Source of the DNA: Azolla caroliniana
Lineage: Eukaryota > Plantae > Polypodiophyta
DNA length: 64,000 nucleotides
NCBI GenBank assembly: GCA_043228905.1
Contig: JBHGNT010000011.1
Coordinates: 5,146,001-5,210,000, forward strand
Direction of reading: 5' to 3'
Made by a program: the position numbers and the translations under genes. The notes below the pieces were generated by a model that did not search any database, was not told where the DNA came from, and worked only from the letters and a program-made list of their open reading frames with translations. Numbering within the stretch: position 1 is the stretch's first letter; every line of letters starts with the position of its first letter. Positions 12,101-23,300 of the stretch are shown one piece after another.

Positions 12101-14619
12101 CGAGGAGCAGTCCCGACCGGCAAAGGACCGGTTAGCACTAGAGGATCCGGTCGAAGACGGTGAAGAAACAGAACCGGCCGAAGAAGATGAAAATGATACC
12201 GGAACCGGCCCCGATCCCGAAATGGATTCGGATGAAGAAGAATCGGAAGAACCGGTTACCGAAGCTCCGGAACGGAGATATCCTCTAAGAGAGAGAAGGG
12301 CCCCCCGGAGATTTCCGGAACCAGAGCACGTGCTGCTAACCGACGAAGGGGAGCCGGAGAGCTTTGAAGAAGCAAAGCATGACACCCAGAGCCGCAGGTG
12401 GTTGAGTGCCATGCAGGACGAGATGGATTCCCTGCATGAGAACCACACATATGAACTTGTGGAGTTGCCGAAAGGAAAACGGGCACTCCGCAACAAGTGG
12501 GTGTTCAAGCTGAAACCGGGAGATGCCGGAAACCCCCCGAGATACAAAGCCAGGATCGTGGTGAAGGGGTTTCAGCAGAAGAAGGGCGTCGACTTCAACG
12601 AGATATTTGCCCCGGTAGTGAAGATGACCTCCATCCGGACGGTGCTGAGCATAGCGGCAAGCATGGACCTCGAGGTAGAACAGATGGACGTGAAGACGGC
12701 ATTCCTTCACGGTGACCTCGACGAAGAGATCTACATGCAGCAACCGGAAGGATTCGAGAAGAAAGGGAAGGAGCACCTGGTATGCCGGTTGAAGAAGAGC
12801 CTTTACGGACTGAAGCAGGCTCCCCGGCAATGGTACCGGAAGTTCGACTCCTTCATGACCGACGAAGGGTACCACAAAACGCAGTCCGATCACTGCGTGT
12901 TTGTGAAGAAGTTCGAAGGAGGAGACTTTCTAATACTCCTCCTATACGTGGACGACATGTTGATCGTCGGACGGGACCAGGTCAAGATACGGATGCTGAA
13001 GAAGGCTCTTCACCGAACCTTCTCAATGAAGGACTTGGGTCCGGCGAGACAAATACTAGGGATGCACATCATCCGGAACCGGAGCAAGAAGCAGTTGTCG
13101 CTGTCACAGGAGAAGTACGTGACAAAGGTGCTTCAACGGTTCAACATGTCGGAAGCAAGACCGGTCGGGTCAACCCTCCCGGCAAACTGCAAGCTGTCCA
13201 GCAAGCAAAGCCCCAAGACAAAGGCTGAGAAGGAGGACATGATGAAAGTACCATATGCCTCTGCCGTCGGAAGCTTGATGTACGCAATGGTGTGTACAAG
13301 ACCGGACATAGGATATGCAGTCGGAGTGGTGAGCCGGTACCTGAGCAATCCCGGCAAAGAGCACTGGAACGCGGTCAAGTGGATACTCCGATACCTGAAG
13401 GGCACGGCAAACGTGTGCCTCCGATTCGGCTCCGGTAAGCCTGAACTCGACGGCTTCACCGATTCGGATATGTCGGCTGATGCAGATACCAGCCGGTCCA
13501 CATCAGGGTATGTGATGACCTATGCAGGGGGAGCCGTTTCGTGGCAGTCGAGGCTGCAGAAGACGGTTGCGTTGTCAACCACGGAGGCGGAGTACATGGC
13601 AGCTGTTGAAGCCGGATGAAGGACTTCATTAGAGAGCTCGGTATCCAGCAGGAGGAGTACCGACTCTACTGCGACAGTCAGAGTGCCATCCACCTTGCGA
13701 AGAACGCGGCTTATCACTCCCGGACGAAACACATCCAGCGAAGATATCACTGGATCCGGGAAAGGATAGAAGACAAGGAGTTCGTGCTGACGAAGATCCA
13801 CACGGACGAGAACGGGTCGGATATGCTGACCAAGGTGCTCACACCCGACAAGCTGGAAGCATGCCGGAAGAGGATCGGGTTGGAGGGACATCCCATGCCG
13901 AAGTGAAGGGGGAGTTTGTTGGGATTTCGGTCCCTCCGGATGGGATGTCCGGAGATGAATGACGGCAAGCCCGGAGGCTGTTACGGAACCGTAGGATGAA
14001 GACCCCGGCTACGGAGCCGGATGATGAAGACCCCGGTTACGGAACCGGATGATGAAGACCCCGGTTACGGAACCGGATGATGAAGACCCCGGTTACGGAG
14101 CCGGATGATGAAGACCCCGGTTACGGAACCGGATGATGAATGTACCCGGAGAGAGATCCGGATGCGGAGACATATTTGTGAATATGTTTGCCAAGAGCCC
14201 TTGAGGCTATATTTGTAAATAGCCCGAAAGTCATATGTGTATAAATATGACTTAGGGCAAACAGTTTTATGTTGTTGCTCATTTTCTGTTTTCACTGAGA
14301 GGAAGCGAAGTGAGAGCAGCCGAGAGAGAGATAGAGCGCGAGAGAGATGAAGAGGTAGACGCCTCTGTGTATTTCCGCCGCCTGTGGCGAGGACAGCGAG
14401 CTCAAGGTCGTTTGCCTTGCAGCTCGCCATTGTATATTTCTCTGTGCATAGTTTGGTTTGGAGTCTCGCACTCCCGTGGTTTTTCCCGTATAGGGTTTTC
14501 CACGCTAATTCCTGTGTATCGCGTCTTTCTCTGTATTTCCTATTTTTCTGCTGCATTGATCCGCGATTACTTGGTTGTGGCCAAGAGGTGAAGGTGAATC
14601 CAAGCGCTGATTCCCGACA
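9117..14619 (+). mobile_element. Ty1/copia element B, same family, nested in the integrase of A
   Basis: LTRs 9117-9819 and 13917-14619 (703 bp, identical by eye); TSD AACAG (9112-9116, 14620-14624); PBS 9823-9834; PPT before 13917. Confidence 0.97.
9849..13906 (+). pseudogene. Copia B gag-pol with RNase H frameshift
   Basis: Open to 13619; a 16-bp deletion (CAAGGAAATAATATGG relative to A and C) at 13615/13616 shifts the frame; tail in ORF 13616..13906. Confidence 0.93.
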
Positions 14620-17600
14620 AACAGATCACCCTCAGTGCCTTTGGACGGAGACACGCCGCAGAGAGTGTGGACCGGTAGGGAAGTATCCTACCGGCATCTG
14701 AAGGTGTTCGGGTGTCTCGCATACGTGCATGTGGCAAAGGACCGGAGAGGAAAGCTAGATCCAAAGACCCGGCCATGCATATTCCTCGGTTACGACGACG
14801 ACGAGTTCGGCTACCGAGTATGGGACCCGGTCGACAAGAAGATATTCAGGAGTCGAGATATCATCTTCATGGAGGACAAGACACTCGCCGACTGGGAGTC
14901 GGAGAAGAAGATGAAGAGCTCCAAGTCGACCGGTGAGGATCAACTCTACGAAGAGCAGTCCCGACCGGCAAGGGACCGGTTAGCACTCGAGGATCCGGCC
15001 GAAGACGGCGAAGAAACAGAACCGTCCGAGGAAGATGAAACTGATACCGGAACCGGCCCTGATCCCGAAATGGATTCGGATGAAGAGGAAATGGAGGAGC
15101 CGGTTACCGAAGCTCCGGAACGGAGATATCCTCTAAGAGAGAGAAGGGCCCCCCGGAGATTTCCGGAACCAGAGCACGTGCTGCTAACCGACGAGGGGGA
15201 GCCGGAGAGCTTTGAAGAAGCAAAGCATGACGCCCAGAGCCGCAGGTGGTTGAGTGCCATGCAGGACGAGATGGATTCCCTGCATGAGAACCACACATAT
15301 GAACTTGTGGAGTTGCCGAAAGGAAAGCGGGCACTTCGAAACAAGTGGGTGTTCAAGCTGAAACCGGGAGATGCCGGAAACCCCCCGAGATACAAAGCCA
15401 GGATCGTGGTGAAGGGGTTTCAACAGAAGAAGGGCGTCGACTTCGACGAGATATTTGCCCTGGTAGTGAAGATGACCTCCATACGGACGGTGCTGAGCAT
15501 AGCGGCAAGCATGGACCTCGAGGTAGAACAGATGGACGTGAAGATGGCATTCCTTCACGGTGACCTCAAAGAAGAGATCTACATGCAGCAACCGGAAGGA
15601 TTCGAGAAGAAAGGGAAGGAGCACCTGGTATGCCGGTTGAAGAAGAGCCTTTACGGACTGAAGCAGGCTCCCCGGCAATGGTACCGGAAGTTCGACTCTT
15701 TCATGACCGACGAAGGGTACCTCAAAACGCAGTCCGACCACTGCGTGTTTGTGAAGAAGTTCGAAGGAGGAGACTTCCTAATACTCCTCCTGTACGTGGA
15801 CGACATGTTGATCGCCGGACGGGACCAGGTCAAGATACGGATGGTGAAGAAGGCTCTTCACCGAACCTTCTCAATGAAGGACTTGGGTCCGGCGAGACAA
15901 ATACTAGGGATGCACATCATCCGGGACCGGTCAAAGAAGCAATTGTGGCTGTCACAGGAGAAGTACGTGACAAAGGTGCTTAAACGGTTCAACATGTCGG
16001 AAGCAAGACCGGTCGGATCGACCCTCCCGGCAAACTGCAAGCTGTCCAGCAAGCAAAGCCCCAAGACAAAGGCTGAGAAGGAGGACATGATGAAAGTACC
16101 ATATGCCTCTGCCGTCGGAAGCTTGATGTACGCAATGGTGTGTACAAGACCGGACATAGGATATGCAGTCGGAGTGGTGAGCCGATACATTGGCAATCCC
16201 GGCAAAGAGCACTGGAACGCGGCCAAGTGGATACTCCGATACCTGAAGGGCACGGCAAACGTATGCCTCCGATTCGGCTCCGGTAAGCCCGAACTCGACG
16301 GCTTTACCGATTCGGATATGTCGGCTGATGCAGATACCAGCCGGTCCACATCAGGGTATGTGACGACGTATGCAGGGGGAGCTGTTTCGTGGCAGTCGAG
16401 GCTGCAGAAGACAGTTGCGTTGTCAACCACGGAGGCGGAGTACATGGCAGCTGTTGAAGCCGGCAAGGAAATAATATGGATGAAGGACTTCATTAGAGAG
16501 CTCGGTATCCGATAGGAGGAGTACCGACTCTACTGCGACAGTCAGAGTGCCATCCACCTTGAGAAGAATGCGGCCTATCACTCCCAGACGAAGCACATCC
16601 AGCGTAGATACCACTGGATCCGTGAAAGGATAGAAGACAAGGAGTTCGTGCTGACGAAGAGCCACACGGACGAGAACGGGTCGGATATGCTGACCAAGGT
16701 ACTTACACCCGACAAGCTGGAAGCATGCCGGAAGAGGATCGGATTGGAGAGACATCCCATGCCGAAGTGAAGGGGGAGTTTGTTGGGATTTTCGGTCCCT
16801 CCGGATGGGATGTCCGGAGATGAATAACGGCAATCCCGGTTACGGTTACGGTTACGGTTACGGTTACGGTTACGGTCCCGGCTACGGAGCCGGATGATGA
16901 AGACCCCGGCTACGGAGCCGGATGATGAACGTACCCGGAGCGAGATCCGGATGCGGAGACATATTTGTGAATATGCTTACCAAGGGCCCTTGAGGCTATA
17001 GTTGTAAATAACCCGAAAGTCATATGTGTATAAATATGACTTAGGGCAAACAGTTTTATGTTGTTGCTCATTTTTCTGTTTTCATCTAGAGGGAGCGAAG
17101 TGAGAGCAGCCGAGAGAGAGAGAGAAGGAAGAGGTCGACGCCTCTGTGTAATACCGCCGCCTGTGGCGAGGATAGCGAGCTCAAGGTCGTCGCCTTGCAG
17201 CTCGCCATTGTATATTTCCCAGCGTATAGTGATAGTTGGAGTCTTGCACTCCCGTGGTTTTTACCGCCTAGGGTTTTCCACGTTAATCCCTGTGTATTCG
17301 TGTCTTTCTCCGTGTTTCCTATTTTCTGCTGCATTGATTCGCGTTTCCTCGGTTGTGGCCGAGTGGTGAAGGTGAATCGAAGCGTCGATTCCCAACAATA
17401 TCATCGTGTACGACTTCACACTTACAAAAGCCGGACGATTAAGGAAGTCAACAATAGATATAATAAAAGAAAAATTACCTGGTCTACAAGGTGGCTCGAG
17501 TCAAAGGCAAACGAGATCTGCTACATATAATCTAGAGTCAAACCATTTGGTTTATGACGAAGATAATGCATTGATTGGTACATCCGAGGATAATGAGGAG

Positions 17601-17983
17601 GAATCGTCATTGTATATTAGTTATAGTAGTGATTCTCCGTAAAGGAGTGATCATGAATGTATATTTGGCTATTAAGTGTAACTACATTCCGCTTGTAACA
17701 AATCGAGTAATATAAAATCATGTGTTTTGAATTCTTATGATTTCTAAAAAATCGTTTCTTATACAATAACATTGGTTGTAAAGTTTGTGATATAAATTGA
17801 GAATGTATCTTTTTGAAATTCGTCTTTTTTTAGTTACTTCTAAATCACGAAAATAGTGGATTTTTAACCTTTTTCATAGTATGTTTGAACATGTATGATA
17901 CTGGTATCACTGTGTTTTGTAAAATCATTGAAAAACCCCTAAAATTTCCCTTATCCTTCCATTTATGCGCGATCCTTCCACTT

Positions 17984-18245
17984 GTGAACGCGAACGTACC
18001 GTTGTGCATATCTGTCTCTCTATTGGCGTCGGTTGCGTTTCTTTCTTTTTGTTTCCTGTACATAAGAGGCGTGTGTTGAGTCGGTGTCTCGTGTGTGCTC
18101 TCTCTCTCTCTCTCTCTTGTGTTCGGTAACCTCCGGTACGGTCCGGTTTGCACCACAGCCGGTGCAACCGGGACCGGAGAGAGTCGGTCTCCCGACATCC
18201 ATCTCTTCCTCGTCGAACACCCCTGTGGTCCCGCCCCTTTCGACA
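17984..18245 (+). mobile_element. Probable 3' part of an unrelated LTR (target of the DNA transposon)
   Basis: U5-like CT/GT-rich text ending ...CCCTTTCGACA, abutting the copia D reading frame. Confidence 0.4.
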
Positions 18246-19524
18246 AGTAGTCGCGGAATACCGCAACACGGTCCGGATGGATGTTTTTTTTACTACCGGG
18301 GCAAAGATTTTATCAAAGTCCACTCCTTTCTTCTGCTGGAAGCCCTTCACCACGATCCAAGCTTTGTATCTTGGTGGATTTCCAGCGTCTCCCGGTTTCA
18401 GCTTATACACCCATTTGTTCCGGAGAGCTCTCTTCCCTTTCGGCAACTCCGCCAGTTCATACATGTGGTTCTCATGCAAGGAATCCATCTCATCCTGCAT
18501 GGCACTCAACCACTTGCGGTTGTGGGTGTCTCTCTTGCTTCTTCGAAGCTTTCCGGCTCCCCCTCATCGGTTAGCAACACACTCTCTGCATCCGGAAATC
18601 TCCAAGGGGCTCTTCTCTCTCGGAGAGGATATCTCCATCCCTGGTTTCTGACCATCGGTGCCTCCATTTGTTCCTCATCTGAATCCATTTCAGGATCTTG
18701 TCTAGTTTCGGTGTCTTGTTCTTCTTCATCTTCGGTCGGTTCGGTTTCTTGTCCGTATCCGGCCGGTTCATGAGTGTCATCCGGTTATCGGCTAACATTC
18801 GTTTTCAACCGGGTAAGTCCTTGTGTCCGCAAGCTAGTTTTCATTGGATGATCCGGAGTTCATTACCTTCTTCTTCGACTCCCAACCAGCAATGGTCCTG
18901 TCTTCCTGAAGACTATGTCCTGACTCCGAGACACCTTCTTGTGGACCAGATCCCACACCTCGTAACTGAACTCATCATCGTCGTATCCAAGGAATATGCA
19001 TGGCCAAGAATTTGGATCCGGCTTTGCTCTCTTGTCCTTTGCAACATGCACATATGCGAGACACCTGAACACCGTCAGATGCCGGTAAGATACATCTTTA
19101 CCAGTCCATACTTTTTGTTGTAAGTCTCCTTCCAAGGGTGTTGAAGGTGATCTGTTTATCACGTAGGTCGTCGTCATCAGCGCCTCAACCCAAAATTTCT
19201 TGGGTAATTTTGCATGTGCCAACATGCTTCAGATTCTCTCCATCACGGTCCAATTCATCCGTTCGGCCAGACTCTCTCCATCACCGTCCGGCGTCTTCGA
19301 CATGGTGATATCAAGCCGGATTCCCTTCAATCCACAGTACTCCTCAAACTGCCCCCGGTATTCTCCTCCGTTGTCCGCTCGAACTGCCTTCAACTTTCGG
19401 CCGGTTTCTCTTTCCACTCTCGCGTGGAGCTCCTTGAAGACGGATAACACTTGGTCCTCCGTCTTCAGTGGTGAGACCCGCATCTTCCAGTTGTGGTCAT
19501 CTATGAATGTCACGAAGTACTGCG
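18246..19524 (-). pseudogene. Degenerate copia D fragment (integrase to start of RT), related to A/B/C
   Basis: ORFs 19229..19540, 18863..19225, 17925..18509: QYFVTFIDD, RADNGGEY, NKWVYKLKPGDAGNPPRYKA. Confidence 0.9.
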
Positions 19525-20200
19525 ATGGGACTAAGCACATTAATGTGCATTATCACTTAATCCGAGAGAGAGTCCTGGCCAGAGATGTAGGCCTACATAT
19601 ACTTTAGCACGAATGTGCAAACAATCGACATCTTCACAAAGGCTCCGTGGGCCGACAAGTTGCAGCAATTCACGATGAATGTAGGTCTTTCTATTACTGA
19701 CCAGCGGAGCTTGAGGGGGAATGTGGATGAGGAGTTGTCTGATACAGAGTAGAACAAACACAGGAATGAACCGGCTATCTGAAGCTGAAGTTGGACTTGA
19801 CTCAAAGCCGACCCAATCACCAGTGACTGGTCCGAACGAACCATCCAGCGACTGGAAGTTGCGTTTGAGGGGGTGTGTCTAGAATCAAACTCAACTTCCC
19901 TAGTGTGGGAACACACCTTAGTATCTGAAACGTGTGAACACCCCACCTCCTAGGATATAGTAACTTGTGTGTCATAACTAGTGTGTCATAGAACTTTAAG
20001 TCCTATGACACATATTTCATAAATAGTTAAGACTCCATCTCTTTGCCAAGAGGTGGTTCTAGTGAGAGAACTTAGAGAGAAGGTGACTACATAAGCACCT
20101 TCTCCTTCTCTTTGTAATAGTTGGTTCATTCTTGCTCCTTGTTAATATAGTTTTCTTGTTTTCTGTATACCCAAGAACAATTAGATTCTCGAGACTACTA
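19525..20200 (+). mobile_element. Copia RNase H C-terminus, PPT-like tracts and probable LTR remnant of another family
   Basis: TKHINVHYHLIRERV...DIFTK; TTGAGGGGG tracts near 19711 and 19866. The right boundary is approximate. Confidence 0.6.
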
Positions 20201-20371
20201 AGTCTTATGATATTGAAAGATATTACCCAAAGCTAAATTATGGAGAATTACACAAATTGAATCTGATTCTTTAGTAATATCTCTTGATGCAATAGAACAT
20301 CCATCAATTATTGCTACAAATGTCGAACGAGGAAGCTTATAGAGTAGAATTTCTTGTGTTGTGGCAAAATT

Positions 20372-23300
20372 TGTCGGGATTATAGTCCCTTCGGATGGGA
20401 TGGTCGGATGTCGGAGATGAATGCCGACGAGCCCGGTTTCGGTTTCGGAACCGGATGATGGAGACCCCGGCTTCGGAGCCGGATGACGAATGTATCCGGA
20501 GAGCGATCCGGATGCAGGGACATATCCGTGAATATGTTTGCTATGGGCCCCTGAGGCTACAGTTGTAAATAGCCCCAAAGTCATATATGTATAAATATGA
20601 CTTAGGGCAAACTGTTTTAGTGTTGCTAATCATTTTTCTGTTTTTCCACTCAAGAGGAGTGAAGAGGGAGCAGCCGTGAGAGAGAGAGAGATAGAGCGCG
20701 AGAGAGGAAGAGGATGACGCCTCTGTGTATTTCCGCCGCCTGTGGCGAGGACAGCGAGCTCAAGGTCGTCGCCTTGGAGCTCGTCATTGTATACTTCTCT
20801 TTGTATAGTGTTGTTTGGAGTCTTGTACTCCCGTGGTTTTTTTTCCCATCTAGGGTTTTCCACGTTAATCCCTGTGTACTCGTGTGTTTCTCTCTTTTGG
20901 TTTCTATTTTCTGCTGCATTGATCCGCGATTACTCGGTTGTGGCTGAGTGAAGAAGGTGAATCGAAGCGTCGATTCCCAACAAACTGGTATCAGAGCGAC
21001 TGTTGCAGAAAATGGAAGGCGGCGGCAGCGGGCAGCCGATGATGATGGTGCTGAATGCACAAAATTACGCCGACTGGAAGATCAAGATGGAGGATCTTCT
21101 GATTGTTCGGGACCTGTACGAACCGATTGACAGGTCGGAAATACCGAAGGGGGTACTTGAGTCGGAGTGGAAGCTCCTGAACCGGAAAGCCGTAGCGACG
21201 ATCCGACAATATGTCGATGTAAGCGTCCTACAACATGTGGCGAACGACACCAACGCATATGAGATGTGGAAGAAGCTGTCGGGCCTCTACGAGAGGAAGA
21301 ATGCGTTGAACCGGACCTCCCTGATGAGGAAGATTGTGAATCTCAAGTACCGGGACGGCGAGAGTATGGTGGAACACGTAAGCACGTTCATGGGATTCGT
21401 GAATCAGCTTGCAGCGATCAAGTTCCCGTTGGAGGATGCAATGCAAGCCATCATCCTGATGTGTACATTGCCAGAAAGCTGGGAGAACTTGGTGGTGACT
21501 CTCAGCACCTCCTGCACCGAAGATAACTTGTCCTTACAAACGGTAAAGACAAGTATTTTGAATGAAGAAGAGCGTCGGAGAGATAAAGAACCGGCCTCCG
21601 ACCCGAAGATGTTGTTTACCGAATCGGATCGGGGAAGACAATGGAACCGGAGTCCGCAAAGACGGGAGAAGTCGGGGACCCGGTCGCAGTCAAGAGGAAG
21701 GCCCACATGCTTCCACTGTGGGAAGCCGGGGCACTTCCGAAAGAATTGTCGGCATTACCGAAAAGACAATGGAACCGACAACACCGATTCGAAGAAGTCA
21801 CCGGAGAGAAACGGTGCATACCGGGGAGCCACGGACCGGAATGGTTCGGATCGGCGAGGACAGGACCGGAAAGGAACGACGGCACTCGCGGCAAGTGAAG
21901 AGGAGATCATGCTCATCACCGAAGAAGGTGAACTAAACATTGCCGGTGATGAGACGACCTGGGTGGTCGATTCCGGAGCATCGTTCCACCTGACCCCGGA
22001 GAGAAGATACTTCTCATCCTACACAGCCGGCGAGCATGGCTGTGTTCGGATGGGAAATGAAGGTACGTGCCGGATTGCCGGCATAGGAGACGTGTGGTTG
22101 ACAACCCCGACCGGATGCAAAATGCTGCTGAAGGATGTCCGACACGTTCCGGAGGTTCGATTGAACCTGATTTCGGCCGGGAGGCTAGACGATGAAGGCT
22201 ACACGGGTAGCATCCGGAACGGTGTCATGAAGTTCAGCAAGGGGAGCTTGATAGTGGCTCGGGTCCGGAAGGTCAACACTCTGTACCTGATGAATGCCCG
22301 GTTATGTCCTGAAGAGCTGAATGTGGCAGCCGACACTGCCGGTGAGCTGTGGCACAAAAGACTGTGTCACATGAGTGAGAAGGGGATGAAGAGGCTTGCA
22401 GAAGACAACCTTATTCCAGTGAAGCATGTGCACCTGGAGAAGTGCACCGATTGCCTGGCCGGTAAGCAGAACCGAAACTCCTTCCACTCAAGGCCACCGA
22501 CGAGACGTAGCGCACCATTGGAGTTGGTGCACACCGACGTGTGTCAGGTAGAAACGAAGTCACATGGCGGAGCCCAGTACTTCGTAACATTCATTGATGA
22601 TCACAGCCGGAAGCTGTGGACGGCACCGCTGAAGACAAAGGACCAAGTGTTGTGCGTCTTCAAAGAACTCCACGCGAGAGTGGAAAGGGAATCCGGCAAG
22701 AAGCTGAAAGCAATACGAGCGGATAACGGAGGGGAATACCGGGGGCAGTTCCAGGAGTACTGTCGCTCGAAGGGAATCCGGCTCGAGTTTACTGTGCCGA
22801 AGACGCCGGAACTGAACGGGCTGGCCGAGAGGATGAACCGGACCATAATGGAGAGGGTTCGGAGTATGCTGGCGCATGCGAAATTACCCAAGGGGTTTTG
22901 GGCTGAGGCAATGTCGACGGCGACATATGTGATAAACCGATCACCCTCAGTACCTTTGGACGGAGACACGCCGCAGAGAGTGTGGACCGGTAGGGAAGTA
23001 TCCTACCGGCATCTGAAGGTGTTCGGGTGTCTCGCATACGTGCACGTGGCGAAGGACCGGAGAGGAAAGCTAGATCCGAAGACCCGGCCATGCATATTCC
23101 TCGGTTACGGCGACGACGAGTTCGGCTACCGAGTATGGGACCCAGTCGACAAGAAGATATTCAGGAGTCGAGACATCATCTTCATGGAGGACAAGACACT
23201 CGCCGACTTGGAGTCGGAGAAGAAGATGAAGAGCTCCAAGTCGACCGGTGAGGATAAACTCTACGAGGAGCAGTCCCGACCGGCGAGGGACCGGTTAGCA

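Larger units (their letters stand above)
7189..16770 (+). pseudogene. Copia A gag-pol polyprotein (7189-9116 and 14625-16770)
   Basis: CCHC knuckle, DSGAS protease, integrase, YVDDML RT, RNase H. Premature stops at 8377-8379 and 16513-16515; split by copia B. Confidence 0.95.
6560..17397 (+). mobile_element. Ty1/copia LTR retrotransposon A (Tork/Tnt1-like), disrupted
   Basis: LTRs 6560-7158 and 16781-17397 (TG...CA); TSD ATATT/ATATC; tRNA-iMet PBS TGGTATCAGAGC 7162-7173; PPT GAAGGGGGAG before 16781. Confidence 0.97.
4020..17642 (+). pseudogene. DDD/E transposase, Sola-like (DUF7869-type), split by copia A; coding parts 4020-6559 and 17403-17642
   Basis: Motifs YCSIC, IDGMDQ, YIQLDNTARENK, FLLVGHTHDHIDKMFS. 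In-frame TGA 5124-5126, 1-nt frameshift near 5460. Frame resumes after the copia TSD (DVDI|IVYDFTLTK), matching the uninterrupted second copy. Confidence 0.8.
1..17983. mobile_element. Large cut-and-paste DNA transposon (Sola-like DDD transposase + ParB-MTase cargo), left end outside window, interrupted by copia A/B
   Basis: Similarity to the second copy (47299-48500) ends abruptly at ...TATGCGCGATCCTTCCACTT (17983), which defines the right end. The palindrome array of the cargo gene intron is also linked to the transposase in the second copy. Confidence 0.6.
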
